From: Vulcanimicrobiota bacterium
GTDB taxonomy: Bacteria > Vulcanimicrobiota > Vulcanimicrobiia > Vulcanimicrobiales > Vulcanimicrobiaceae
Reading direction: 5' to 3'
DNA length: 64,000 nucleotides
Assembly: GCA_963777315.1 (NCBI GenBank)
Contig: CAVZQC010000006.1
Coordinates: forward strand, 32,001 to 96,000
Below are positions 10,068 through 18,814 of this stretch, one piece after another. Made by a program: the position numbers and the translations under genes. The notes below the pieces were generated by a model that saw only the letters and a program-made list of their open reading frames with translations, did no database searches and had not been told where the DNA came from. The first letter of the stretch is position 1, and each line of letters begins with the position of its first letter.

Positions 10068-10603
10068 GGTGCGCACTCCCGCGTTTGCGCGTGCAGATCG
10101 ATGCCGCGCAGCGCCAAGGAATACCGCGCCTGTTCGAGCGCGCGAGCCACTTGCGGCGCAGCCGGCGGCGCGCACAACGCGACGAGGATCAACTGCGGGC
10201 CGCGCAACTGGAGCATGACTTGAACGCGTCCGCGATCGCCCTCCAACGCAAACGCCGCTCTTCGCGGAGCGCTGCCGCGGTGCACGAGCGCCCGTTGAAT
10301 CTTGGTCGCGAGCGGCGTGCGCGCCGCGCGCCTTTCGGTTTGGGGAGCGCCTGCGGCAAAGAGCTCGCGCGCGTGCTCGGGCGGCGACGCTTGACGTTTG
10401 TCGGGGACGTCGCGCTGCATCGAAGGCTGGCGCTCGGTGCTGCGCTGCGCCCGCGGCATTTGCGGGCGTTCGCTGCTTTGCCGCGCAGGCGCCGCCTGCG
10501 GTGCGTACAGCGCGGAATACCATGCCTGTGAAAGCGCACGGCGATCTACGGCAGCCAGCGGTGCGGTGAGCACGCTGAAATTCAAATCCTCGGTGATGGT
10601 CAT
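10061..10603 (-). CDS. Hypothetical protein in the flagellar cluster (possible FliK-like)
   Basis: Low-complexity middle; C-terminal GRVQVMLQLRGPQLILVALC..ARYSLALRGIDL resembles the FliK C-terminal pattern; occupies the fliK position. Confidence 0.45.
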   Translation of the reverse strand: MTITEDLNFSVLTAPLAAVDRRALSQAWYSALYAPQAAPARQSSERPQMPRAQRSTERQPSMQRDVPDKRQASPPEHARELFAAGAPQTERRAARTPLATKIQRALVHRGSAPRRAAFALEGDRGRVQVMLQLRGPQLILVALCAPPAAPQVARALEQARYSLALRGIDLHAQTRECAPC

Positions 10604-10609
10604 GCAGGC

Positions 10610-10615
10610 AGCATA
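10610..10615 (-). promoter_or_regulatory. Putative -10 element for a leaderless transcript
   Basis: TATGCT exactly 6 nt before ATG 10603. Confidence 0.5.
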
Positions 10616-10634
10616 GGCCGCCCGCATGACCGCG

Positions 10635-12266
10635 TTAATAGGGAATTGTTAACGTCTCCGTGCGCGAACGGTAGCGGCCGTCGTCGAACGCCGTCGATTC
10701 GGCGGCATAGATTTTGGCGTCGGCCACATCGAACGTCACGATCAAATTCCGCAGCACGCCCATACCGATGTTTCCGGCGTCGAACCGGTCGGCGAAGGCC
10801 CCATGCCGGCTCAGCATGATGTTGGAATACCGGTTAAAAAAGCGATACGATCCCACGTCGAGCTCGTCGACGATCGTGAAGACTGCCTGGGCTGCGCCGC
10901 CGACGCCGTAGCTGTTCGCGAACTGCCGGTCTCCGGGAGGAAGCAAATCCGGATGCGCCTTCATGAACGGTGAAAACAACAGCAGTTCGCCGCTGTTGCC
11001 GGTATCGAGCACGAAACGCCCGGGAATCCCGTCGACCTTGCCATGCACCTCGACGAGCTGACGGTCGACGTCGACGGCGATGGCTTCGCCGGGAGCATGC
11101 AGCGTGCCGGGCCGAGCGAACGTCATGGTTCCGCGCGCCGCGTCGATCGTCACTTCCGATGAAGCAAAGAACGGATAGCCCAGCACGCCGTCGGACCGAA
11201 ACAATCCCGTGACGTTGCTCAAATCCAAAACCGTCACCATGCGCAGCGGAAGCGTAGCCGAGCCGATCTGAATGCCGTCGATCGGCGCTATTCCCATGCC
11301 GCCCATACGCTTGGCGCCGGAAACTTCGAGATGGCCTTGCACGTGCAAACCTAACTGATCCGCTACGCGCGTATCCAGTACGACGGCCTGCGCTCCGGTG
11401 TCGACCAGGAACGTATATGGATGCCCGTGGATCGCCACCTGCACGTAGTAATGCTTGTTGTGCTCCTCGAGCGGTACGGTTACCGGCGCGGCGGCTCGGA
11501 TCTGGGTATTGGCGGGAATGGCGAATACGGACCGGTCCACTGCACCATCGACGCTGACGTGTTCGACGTAACGCTGCAAGTCGAAGTCGTGGTCGCCGTT
11601 GGAGTCGATTTCTTTTTGCGGTACGAGCGCTCCCGCGAAGACTTTATAGTCGTAATAATCCGACGTCGACGTGCCGTCCTGATCGTCGTAACTGACGCGA
11701 TCGATCATCATGTCGCTCGCGTCGAGTGCGACGGTCTCCGGCAAACCGCCCGGCGGCGTTACCAGGATGGCATAAGCCGCTCTTGCATCGGGCAACTGAA
11801 CTGCGCCCAAGAACGTATCGTATTGCGGATGCTTGACGAAGCCGTCCTCGTCGATGAAGTCTTGCGTGCGCTGTCGCTGCAGCAGCAGCCCGTTCAGCTC
11901 GCGCACGTTTCCGTTTTCATCCGACGCATACTGGCGATCGCCCACGCGCAGCGTCGATTGAAAGCGCACGCCGATCCATTGATCGTACCGCTGCCCAGCC
12001 GGCGCCGTCCAACTGTGAAAGGAACCGTCCAAACCCGCGCCCAGTATCGAGCCGGTCACTTCCAGGGTGCGCGGGGCGCGAACGGCGAGCTTTTGGAGCG
12101 CCGCGCTGCGAGCGGTAAGAACGTTTTGCAGCGTCGCAGGCGGTGCGCTCAATGCGGGCGCGGCGCACAACAGCAGCAGCGCGCCAATCAGCGTTGCGGT
12201 GCTACTGCGCCTTGTACTTCCGGTAGCTGTCCAGCACGTTCTGGACGTACGCCTGGGTTTCGGCAT
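10635..12266 (-). CDS. Exported retropepsin-like aspartyl protease with two catalytic motifs (start uncertain)
   Basis: Signal-like LIGALLLLCAAPALSA; FLVDTGAQ...DGVLGYPF and FVLDTGNS...AGNIGMGVL. Confidence 0.85.
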   Translation of the reverse strand: MPKPRRTSRTCWTATGSTRRSSTATLIGALLLLCAAPALSAPPATLQNVLTARSAALQKLAVRAPRTLEVTGSILGAGLDGSFHSWTAPAGQRYDQWIGVRFQSTLRVGDRQYASDENGNVRELNGLLLQRQRTQDFIDEDGFVKHPQYDTFLGAVQLPDARAAYAILVTPPGGLPETVALDASDMMIDRVSYDDQDGTSTSDYYDYKVFAGALVPQKEIDSNGDHDFDLQRYVEHVSVDGAVDRSVFAIPANTQIRAAAPVTVPLEEHNKHYYVQVAIHGHPYTFLVDTGAQAVVLDTRVADQLGLHVQGHLEVSGAKRMGGMGIAPIDGIQIGSATLPLRMVTVLDLSNVTGLFRSDGVLGYPFFASSEVTIDAARGTMTFARPGTLHAPGEAIAVDVDRQLVEVHGKVDGIPGRFVLDTGNSGELLLFSPFMKAHPDLLPPGDRQFANSYGVGGAAQAVFTIVDELDVGSYRFFNRYSNIMLSRHGAFADRFDAGNIGMGVLRNLIVTFDVADAKIYAAESTAFDDGRYRSRTETLTIPY

Positions 12267-12771
12267 AAGGTGGAACCCCGCCATACTTCTCGACCGCCCC
12301 CGGTCCGGCATTGTATGCGGCCACCGCCAGCGGAAGATCACCATGGAAACGCTCGAGCAGGCCCCGAATGTAACGGGTGCCGCCCCAAACGTTTTGCGCC
12401 GGGTCGTATGCGTTGCCCACGCCCAGCTGCGCGGCGGTTCCCGGCTCGAGCTGCATGAGCCCCTGCGCGCCGGTTTTCGAGGTCGCGCTTGCGTCGAAGC
12501 CCGACTCGTTCGCGATAATCGCCTTGACCAGCGCCGGATCGACGCCCCAGGTGCTTGCATCGGCGTTCACCAGCCGGTCGATTTGGGGCGGCGGAATCGT
12601 GTTGGGCCCCTGCGTAGGCTGCAGCGGAGCATCCGATTGTGGATTCATCGCTTGCGCGACCATCGAGGCAAAGGACGCCGCCGGCGAGTCGGGCGCAGCC
12701 TGCCGCATGGGCTCGCCGGTAATTTCGGCAATCCGGCGGGTTACGGCCGCGATGTCGCTGAGCACGTTCAT
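12202..12771 (-). CDS. Lytic transglycosylase (SLT domain)
   Basis: AIIANESGF, GAQGLMQL, AAYNAGPG, PPYAETQAYV. Confidence 0.95.
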   Translation of the reverse strand: MNVLSDIAAVTRRIAEITGEPMRQAAPDSPAASFASMVAQAMNPQSDAPLQPTQGPNTIPPPQIDRLVNADASTWGVDPALVKAIIANESGFDASATSKTGAQGLMQLEPGTAAQLGVGNAYDPAQNVWGGTRYIRGLLERFHGDLPLAVAAYNAGPGAVEKYGGVPPYAETQAYVQNVLDSYRKYKAQ

Positions 12772-14010
12772 GATAATTCCTTCACCTTATCGGCAAGTAG
12801 GGCTAGCGCCGATAGCGTGTGGTCCGGGGGCACCGGCTGTTTGCCTTGCCGCAAAAAGCGTTCGAGGGCTTCTTCCTGTGCGGCGGCGATTGCCGCATCG
12901 CCGTCTTTGGCGACGATTCCCAGCGCTCGGGCATCCGCCGTTTGAGCCAACGCGGCCACGCCGGCGCGAACCGTGCGCGCGTTTTCCCAATGCTCGTCGC
13001 TCGACGACGCGTTCCATCGTGCGGCTCGTGCTGCCCAGGACGTCGATGGCCGGATGCCGCCCCGCGTTCGCCAAGCGCGCCGACAACTCAATGTGGCCGT
13101 CGAGCAGCGCGCGAGCGCAGTCGCTCACGGGGTCGCGTTCGTCGCCGTCGGACAGCACCGTTGCAGCCAGCGTGATCGATCCGCCGTGCGCATTGCCTGC
13201 AATTTCGACGTAGGCCGCCAGCTCGGCGAAAACGCTGCCGGGATAACCGCCTCGGCCCACCGGCTCGCCGCCGGCCAACGCGATCTCGCGCAGCGCTGCG
13301 GCAAACCGCGCCAAACTGTCGAGCACCAGCAGCACGTTCAGCCCGCTCGCACGCAGCGCGTGGGCCTGCGCCATTGCCGCACGCGCGGCGCGCACGCGTT
13401 CTGCAGCGCTGCGATCGCTCGTCGCGCAGACGATCGACGCAAAGCGCGGCGCGCTGCGGATCCATTCCTGCGCCTCTCTTCCGCGTTCCCCGACCAGGCC
13501 CACGACGACGGCGTCCGCGTGCGATCCGCGAACCATTCGATCGACGATCGTCGATTTGCCGCAGCCGGGCGCACCGAAGAATCCGACGCGCGCGCCGCGT
13601 CCGATCGTCAATAAGCCGTCGATCGCGCGAATGCCCGTCCAAAACGGCCGTTCGATAGAGACGCGCTGCGCCGGCAACGGAGCTTTGGGCACAACGGACC
13701 GGCGGCGTCCTTTGAGCTGCGGACCGCCGTCCAAGACCATGCCTCTCGCATCGAAGCTGCGTCCGAGAACCATCGTCCCAAGCGGCATCGTCAGCGCCGC
13801 GGGATCCGTGCAGACGACGTCCCCGCGCCGGACTCCGTCGATGGCGTCGTGCGCCGCCACCGTCGCGTAACCGTCGCGCAGCGCCGTCACCACGCCGGTT
13901 ATTTCGCCGTTTGCGGTACGCACGCAAACGCCGTGGCCGACCGCGGCACCGGGGATGCGAGCTTGCAGCAATCCGCTCGCGGCCCCGAGTATCGTACCGT
14001 ACGCAATCAC
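12768..14010 (-). CDS. fliI: Flagellar/T3SS export ATPase FliI (frameshift near 13000)
   Basis: TGIRAIDGLLTIGRG, Walker A GAPGCGKST, LVGERGRE, LDSLARFA, LDGHIEL..HPAIDVLGS; C-terminus continues in ORF 12768..13091. Confidence 0.92.
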
Positions 14011-14504
14011 GAACGCAGTGCCGCAAGTACGCCGGCCAAACGCGCGCCTAAACCGGCATCAACGCAGCCGCAACGCAGTTCGATGACCGCGTCCCCTTCG
14101 CGCAAGCGTTCGTCCGCGACAACGGGTACGCTGCAGGTCAGCGCATCGGCTTGAGCGGGATGAACGCGGACGCGCATCGGTGCTTCGGAAAAATAGCGTT
14201 GCAGTGCCCGCTCGACGATGACGTCGATGCTCGCCGGTGCAAGCTGCAGTTCGCGCGCCAGCACGTCGACCGCTACGTCGGCCAGCACCGTTTCGACCGC
14301 GGATGCAACTCCCTCGGTGACGCGTGCGCGAAACGTTCGAACGTCACGCAGCGCATCGGCGCCGGCTTGAAAACATTCGTCGAACTCCGAGTCTTGAGGC
14401 GTTGCAGCCGGCTGCGGCTCTGCGGGCGCGGCACAGGCACGTTCGCCGTCAGCGGCGTGCGGCTCGAGCACCATTGAAGCCAGGGTGCGGAATCCGTCAG
14501 GCAT
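14007..14504 (-). CDS. fliH: FliH/SctL-family protein (short)
   Basis: VRVHP...VADERLREGDAVIE..GCVDA C-terminal pattern; lies between fliF and fliI. Confidence 0.75.
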   Translation of the reverse strand: MPDGFRTLASMVLEPHAADGERACAAPAEPQPAATPQDSEFDECFQAGADALRDVRTFRARVTEGVASAVETVLADVAVDVLARELQLAPASIDVIVERALQRYFSEAPMRVRVHPAQADALTCSVPVVADERLREGDAVIELRCGCVDAGLGARLAGVLAALRS

Positions 14505-15960
14505 CGGCGATGAATCTTTGCGCGTCCGGCAGCAAAGGCGAAACCGGGCGCTGCATTCGCGCGACTATCGCGGCGCGCTCGTGTTCGGGATACATGTCGA
14601 GCACCGCTGCGGCCGTGGCTGCGGGCAAGGCGCTGATGATGGCCGCGGCGGCATGCGCAGGTTCGTTGCGCAGCGCACCGCGCACGTCGGCGGCCGGAAT
14701 GCCGCGCACCGCATCGGCCGTTCTGACGATTGACGCTCGCTGCGCCAAAGCGCGAGCCAACGTGCTCAGTGCCGGAGCCAGCCGGCGCAATGCCAGCAAC
14801 CCTGCAATCGCGGCAACCAGCGACGGCAGTACCGGAACCATAGCCCCGTACGCCAGCCACCATCCGTCCTTTTTGGCGATGGGAGCGTGCGAGAACGACA
14901 CCGCTTCAACGTCGAGCGAATCGCCGCGGTGCGGGTCGATGCCCAGCGTTGCCCGCGCGAGCGACTTTACTTGCGCAACGTCCGAAACGCGCGCGGCATC
15001 GAGAAACACGGCGGCGGAGATGCGCGCAATGCGGCCCGGCTGCGCCGAAGCTGCAACCTCGTGCGTATCGCTTCCGCGATCGACCTGCTGCTCGGTCTTA
15101 TCGTAGCGTTTGCCCGCTCCGTCGAAGCGCTCGTCCTGCGTCGCAGCGGCGATCGGCGTTGCGGACAGCGGCGTACGCCGCACGTCGCGGCTGGTTATCG
15201 TGCGACGATCGTATTCGACATGCACGCGCACGATCGCCGCACCCGCGCCGATTGCGCCGTCCAGCGCGCTCTGAAGCGATCGCTGCAGATCGTCGCCGTC
15301 GCCTTGGGCGCTTCCATCACCCAGTGCGAGGCCGCGATCGTCGACGATCGTAACGTTGCGCGCATCCAGCCCCGGAACGCTCGCCGCCACGAACGCGCGC
15401 ATGCCCGAAACCGCATCGGCAGACACGCGCGCACCCGGAATCAGCCGCAACCGCACGCTGGCGCTCGCGTCGCGGCTGGTGTCGTCGGCAAAGTACCCTT
15501 GTTTGGCAGGCGCGATGATGACGCGCGCGTCTTGCACACCGTCGATTCCCCGCAGCGCCAGCTCGATGTCGCCGGAAAGACCGTCGCGTGTTTGCGCGTC
15601 GATCACCGCTTGCGGCGTGAGCGCGCCCAAGTTCGCGAGCAAATCCTGCGAGCCGTCGACGTGCGCGTGGGGAACTCCGGCCATCGACAGCCGCAACAGC
15701 AACTCGTTGCGGTGCTTGCCGTCGACGAGCACATTGTCGGCGGACGGAGTGAAGGCAATGTTCCAGCCGGCCAAACGCTCTTCCACTTCACTGAGTTGCT
15801 CGGGGTGGAGCGGCGCGGCAAAGAGAACGCTGCGCTGCGGATGCGCAACGACGCCGCCCACCAGCGCGATGCCAACGGCGAGCGCGAAGCCCGCAACGGT
15901 CAGGGCGCGTGTGCGCAAAGGTAAAGCAGCGAAGCGCGCGAGCAGTGCAGCAGCGTCCAC
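14497..15960 (-). CDS. fliF: MS-ring protein FliF with a C-terminal FliG-like segment
   Basis: TM, ring-building motifs (IELALRGIDGVQDARVII..ASASVRL; FVAASVPGL..VTIVD; GIDPHRGDSLDV), second TM, then NEPAHAAAAIISALP..AAAVLDMYPEHERAAIVARM. Confidence 0.88.
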   Translation of the reverse strand: MDAAALLARFAALPLRTRALTVAGFALAVGIALVGGVVAHPQRSVLFAAPLHPEQLSEVEERLAGWNIAFTPSADNVLVDGKHRNELLLRLSMAGVPHAHVDGSQDLLANLGALTPQAVIDAQTRDGLSGDIELALRGIDGVQDARVIIAPAKQGYFADDTSRDASASVRLRLIPGARVSADAVSGMRAFVAASVPGLDARNVTIVDDRGLALGDGSAQGDGDDLQRSLQSALDGAIGAGAAIVRVHVEYDRRTITSRDVRRTPLSATPIAAATQDERFDGAGKRYDKTEQQVDRGSDTHEVAASAQPGRIARISAAVFLDAARVSDVAQVKSLARATLGIDPHRGDSLDVEAVSFSHAPIAKKDGWWLAYGAMVPVLPSLVAAIAGLLALRRLAPALSTLARALAQRASIVRTADAVRGIPAADVRGALRNEPAHAAAAIISALPAATAAAVLDMYPEHERAAIVARMQRPVSPLLPDAQRFIADA

Positions 15961-15963
15961 CGC

Positions 15964-16242
15964 CTACACCTGCATGTTCATGATCGACGCAATCGCTTGC
16001 GCGCTGCGCTGCGCCGCCGCCGTCGCAACGGAAAGCGCCACGTCGGCGCGCGCGCGTTCGTAAACGGCCGTCTGCAAATCGCCCACGCCGGCGGCAAAGC
16101 CGTCTTCGGCGCGTTCGGCCTTGCCGAAAACCGCGCCCAAATCGTCGAGAATACCGCCGAAGGCGTTCGCATCCGGCGCAGTTTGCGCGGGTTGCGCGCC
16201 ATCCGGCAGCGGAATATCGGGTACGAGCGGTTCGATCCTCAC
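15964..16242 (-). CDS. fliE: Hook-basal body protein FliE
   Basis: 92 aa; GDLQTAVYERARADVALS...IMNMQV C-terminus. Confidence 0.85.
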   Translation of the reverse strand: MRIEPLVPDIPLPDGAQPAQTAPDANAFGGILDDLGAVFGKAERAEDGFAAGVGDLQTAVYERARADVALSVATAAAQRSAQAIASIMNMQV

Positions 16243-16574
16243 AGCCGCCCCATGTCGATGGTTCGCAGCGCGAGCTGCTTGCCGACGTCGAACACCGATG
16301 CATTGGCTTCGTACGCCCGCGTCGAGTTGAGTACGGCAACCATTTCGGTAAGCACGTCGACGCTCGATCCCCGCTGCACGTGCGCGCCGGCATACGCAAC
16401 CTCGGGCGAATCATCGTCGCTTTGCGTCAACGCAAAATCCGGAACGAGGCGCTCGTATGAACCTTTGGGACCGGCGGCCTCGGCGGCCGCGACATTGCGC
16501 GCTTCCACGTCGAGCGCGTCGCGCTGGGCCTCCATGCCGGCGGCGGCCATGCGCAGCAAGCCCAAGCTATCCAT
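16239..16574 (-). CDS. flgC: Basal-body rod protein FlgC (short)
   Basis: GMEAQRDALDVEARNVA; VDVLTEMVAVLNSTRAYEAN. Confidence 0.85.
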   Translation of the reverse strand: MDSLGLLRMAAAGMEAQRDALDVEARNVAAAEAAGPKGSYERLVPDFALTQSDDDSPEVAYAGAHVQRGSSVDVLTEMVAVLNSTRAYEANASVFDVGKQLALRTIDMGRL

Positions 16575-16785
16575 GAGTCACGCTCTTGATTTCGGCCAGG
16601 CGCGCGTGCACGGCGCTCAAAATCGCTTGGGTGAAAAGCGCGCGTTCGGCAACTCCGGCCATGGCAGCGTCGACGCGCGGGCTCCCGAACGGAGTTTGCG
16701 CGCGTCCGGTGGCCGAAGCTGCTGATCCCAGTGCTTGGCGCGCTGCCGAGAGCGCGCCGGTCAAAGTGTCGGCTACGTCAAACAT
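16567..16785 (-). CDS. Small protein at the flgB position (FlgB-like, much reduced)
   Basis: 72 aa; VDAAMAGVAERALF.QA..SAV..RL..IKSV resembles the FlgB C-terminal helix; first gene of the cluster. Confidence 0.55.
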   Translation of the reverse strand: MFDVADTLTGALSAARQALGSAASATGRAQTPFGSPRVDAAMAGVAERALFTQAILSAVHARLAEIKSVTHG

Positions 16786-16791
16786 GCGCCA

Positions 16792-16797
16792 ACGCTA
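16792..16797 (-). promoter_or_regulatory. Putative -10 element for a leaderless transcript of the first cluster gene
   Basis: TAGCGT exactly 6 nt before ATG 16785. Confidence 0.5.
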
Positions 16798-16819
16798 GCG
16801 CGCGAATATGTCCCGGACG

Positions 16820-17896
16820 TTACGGTGATGCTGTCGTTCGCGGCAACGGCAAACCCCGGCCGTCCAGCGGTATGCCGGCAAACAGGCGCGTAACCTCGTC
16901 GTAATTTTCGACGCCCGAAGCGATATGGTTTGACTTGAGGTAATTGTTGTACACGCGCCAGGAGAACCGGGAGAGGTTCAAGTTGACGAAATGGGCGTTG
17001 CGTTTGCGAACGGCGGCAAAGTCGGCCCACACCTGCGCAACGAAAAGCGAATGCCGGTACGTTTTGAGCGGGGGCAGATACAGAAAAAGTTCGAAGGCGC
17101 CCGAATACTGCGCCACCGGATCGCCGTCGCGCAGACACGTGACGGCGGCAATGTAGTTCGCCTCGTTCTCCCGGTTGAACCCCGCAACGTGGCTCCATTC
17201 GTGCGCCTGTGAGAACGGCCGCTCGAACCACAACAAATCGGGCGCGAGCTGCGTTTCGAGCGTAAACGGGTTGGTGAAACCGCTCGTGCCGCTGCGATCC
17301 ATGAACCAGCCTGCCAGCGTTGGTTTGGGAGCGTCTACGTTCGGCGTCCACTCATCGCCCAGACGCCGGACGACCGGCGTCCAGGCGTCGCGCAGGCGGG
17401 CATAGGCCAGCGGATCGTCAGCATGCATTCGATGGGCGATCGGCGCGAGGGCGTTCATGCGCGCGATGATGCTCGTGCGCAACGCGTCGATAGCGGCCGG
17501 AGTGAGCCGCGAAGGTTGGAAGTCGGCGCGCGTTTCCACCGGAGCGCGATCGTAACCAAAGCCCCATCCGCCGTAGAACCACACTGCGTACAGTCCCGCA
17601 ACGGCGGCTGCGCCCACGACTGCGCGCCAAAACGGACGCACGAAGAACAGCGTCGCCAATACGGCCGCCGCACCGGCTATCGCCACCGCATCGCCCAGCG
17701 AAAAAGGAACGGCCGGTGTGAACGACGACCAAAAATCTTGCCACTTGGGATAGTAGCCGTTGATGAACGTTGCCTCGACCCACTGCGGCGAAGGCCGCCA
17801 AAGCGCCGCGATGACGCCCGCGGCGATGAGGGCCAGGTGCAGCGGGAACCAGGGATATGGAAAAGAGCCGCTTGCGGCGGCCCTTCTTCGAGGCAT
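16820..17896 (-). CDS. DUF3810-like membrane protein, putative zinc metallopeptidase
   Basis: VPFSLGD, WGFGYDR, GFTNPFTLE, AHEWSHVAGFNRENEANY (HExxH). Confidence 0.8.
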   Translation of the reverse strand: MPRRRAAASGSFPYPWFPLHLALIAAGVIAALWRPSPQWVEATFINGYYPKWQDFWSSFTPAVPFSLGDAVAIAGAAAVLATLFFVRPFWRAVVGAAAVAGLYAVWFYGGWGFGYDRAPVETRADFQPSRLTPAAIDALRTSIIARMNALAPIAHRMHADDPLAYARLRDAWTPVVRRLGDEWTPNVDAPKPTLAGWFMDRSGTSGFTNPFTLETQLAPDLLWFERPFSQAHEWSHVAGFNRENEANYIAAVTCLRDGDPVAQYSGAFELFLYLPPLKTYRHSLFVAQVWADFAAVRKRNAHFVNLNLSRFSWRVYNNYLKSNHIASGVENYDEVTRLFAGIPLDGRGLPLPRTTASP

Positions 17897-18285
17897 CAGC
17901 GCTTGGAGAACTGGAAGCGTTTGCGGGCGCGCTTGCGGCCGTACTTCTTCGATTCCTTCTCTCGCGGATCGCGGGTCAGCAGGCCGTGCTTACGCAGCGC
18001 TTCGCGCAGCGACTCATCCATCGACAGGAGAGCGCGGGCGATTCCATGGCGCACTGCGCCGGCTTGTCCGGCAATTCCGCCGCCTTGGGTCTTCACGTCG
18101 ATGTCGAATCGAGAAACGCTTTGCGTTGCTTCGAGCGCTTGGCGCACGATCTGCTGCAGCGTGGGGCGGGGAAAATAATCGTCGATCGAGCGTTTGTTGA
18201 TCGTGATGATGCCTTGTCCCAACGTGATGCGCACTCGCGCGATCGAGCGTTTACGGCGTCCGGTACCTTGAAAATTATCGATCAC
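17896..18285 (-). CDS. rpsI: 30S ribosomal protein S9
   Basis: GTGRRKRSIARV; GGGIAGQAGAVRHGIARAL; KRARKRFQFSKR. Confidence 0.99.
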   Translation of the reverse strand: MIDNFQGTGRRKRSIARVRITLGQGIITINKRSIDDYFPRPTLQQIVRQALEATQSVSRFDIDVKTQGGGIAGQAGAVRHGIARALLSMDESLREALRKHGLLTRDPREKESKKYGRKRARKRFQFSKR

Positions 18286-18292
18286 GATTCTC

Positions 18293-18718
18293 CTACGCCA
18301 GCGGCTGCGGCTGCTGCGCCTGATGAGGATGCGCCGCACCGGTATAGACGTTCAAACGGTTGAGCTGCACGTTGCGCGTTCGGTTGGTCGGCAGCATGCC
18401 GCGCACCGCCCGCTCTATCAGGCGCTCGGGATGCTTGTCCCGAACCTCGCGCGCCGTTTCAGTCTTCAAACCGCCGGGATAGCCGCTGTGGCGATAGTAG
18501 ATTTTTTGATCCCACTTGTTGCCGCCAAGCTCCACTTTGTCGGCATTGATGACCACGACATGGTCGCCGTCGTCGATGTGCGGGGTCCACGTCGGCTTGT
18601 GCTTGCCGGAAAGGGCGCGCGCGATGCGCACGGCCAGCGTGCCGAGCCGCTGTCCGGCGGCGTCGACGATGTACCAGTCGTGCTGGGTTTGCGCGGTCTT
18701 GCGTTGATACGTCCGCAT
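18293..18718 (-). CDS. rplM: 50S ribosomal protein L13
   Basis: WYIVDAAGQRLG; GKHKPTWTPHIDDGD; YYRHSGYPGGLK. Confidence 0.99.
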   Translation of the reverse strand: MRTYQRKTAQTQHDWYIVDAAGQRLGTLAVRIARALSGKHKPTWTPHIDDGDHVVVINADKVELGGNKWDQKIYYRHSGYPGGLKTETAREVRDKHPERLIERAVRGMLPTNRTRNVQLNRLNVYTGAAHPHQAQQPQPLA

Positions 18719-18727
18719 AACTGCGCA

Positions 18728-18807
18728 AGTCTACGGGAATTTGGGCGTGCCGTCAAGCCGTTTGCGTGGAAAAGTAGTTGACAAATATTTGAGTCCGCAA
18801 GTACTAT
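18728..18807. promoter_or_regulatory. Divergent sigma-70 promoters for rplM and the MarR gene
   Basis: Minus: TTGACG 18756-18751, N17, TAGACT. Plus: TTGACA 18778-18783, N18, TACTAT 18802-18807. Palindrome CAAATATTTG at 18782-18791. Confidence 0.65.
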
Positions 18808-18814
18808 GTCCGCC

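Noticed and set aside
12990..13030. Programmed frameshifting or true pseudogenisation of fliI and other split genes
   Set aside because: No slippery sequence or common motif, and the same kind of break hits many unrelated genes, so sequencing error is more parsimonious
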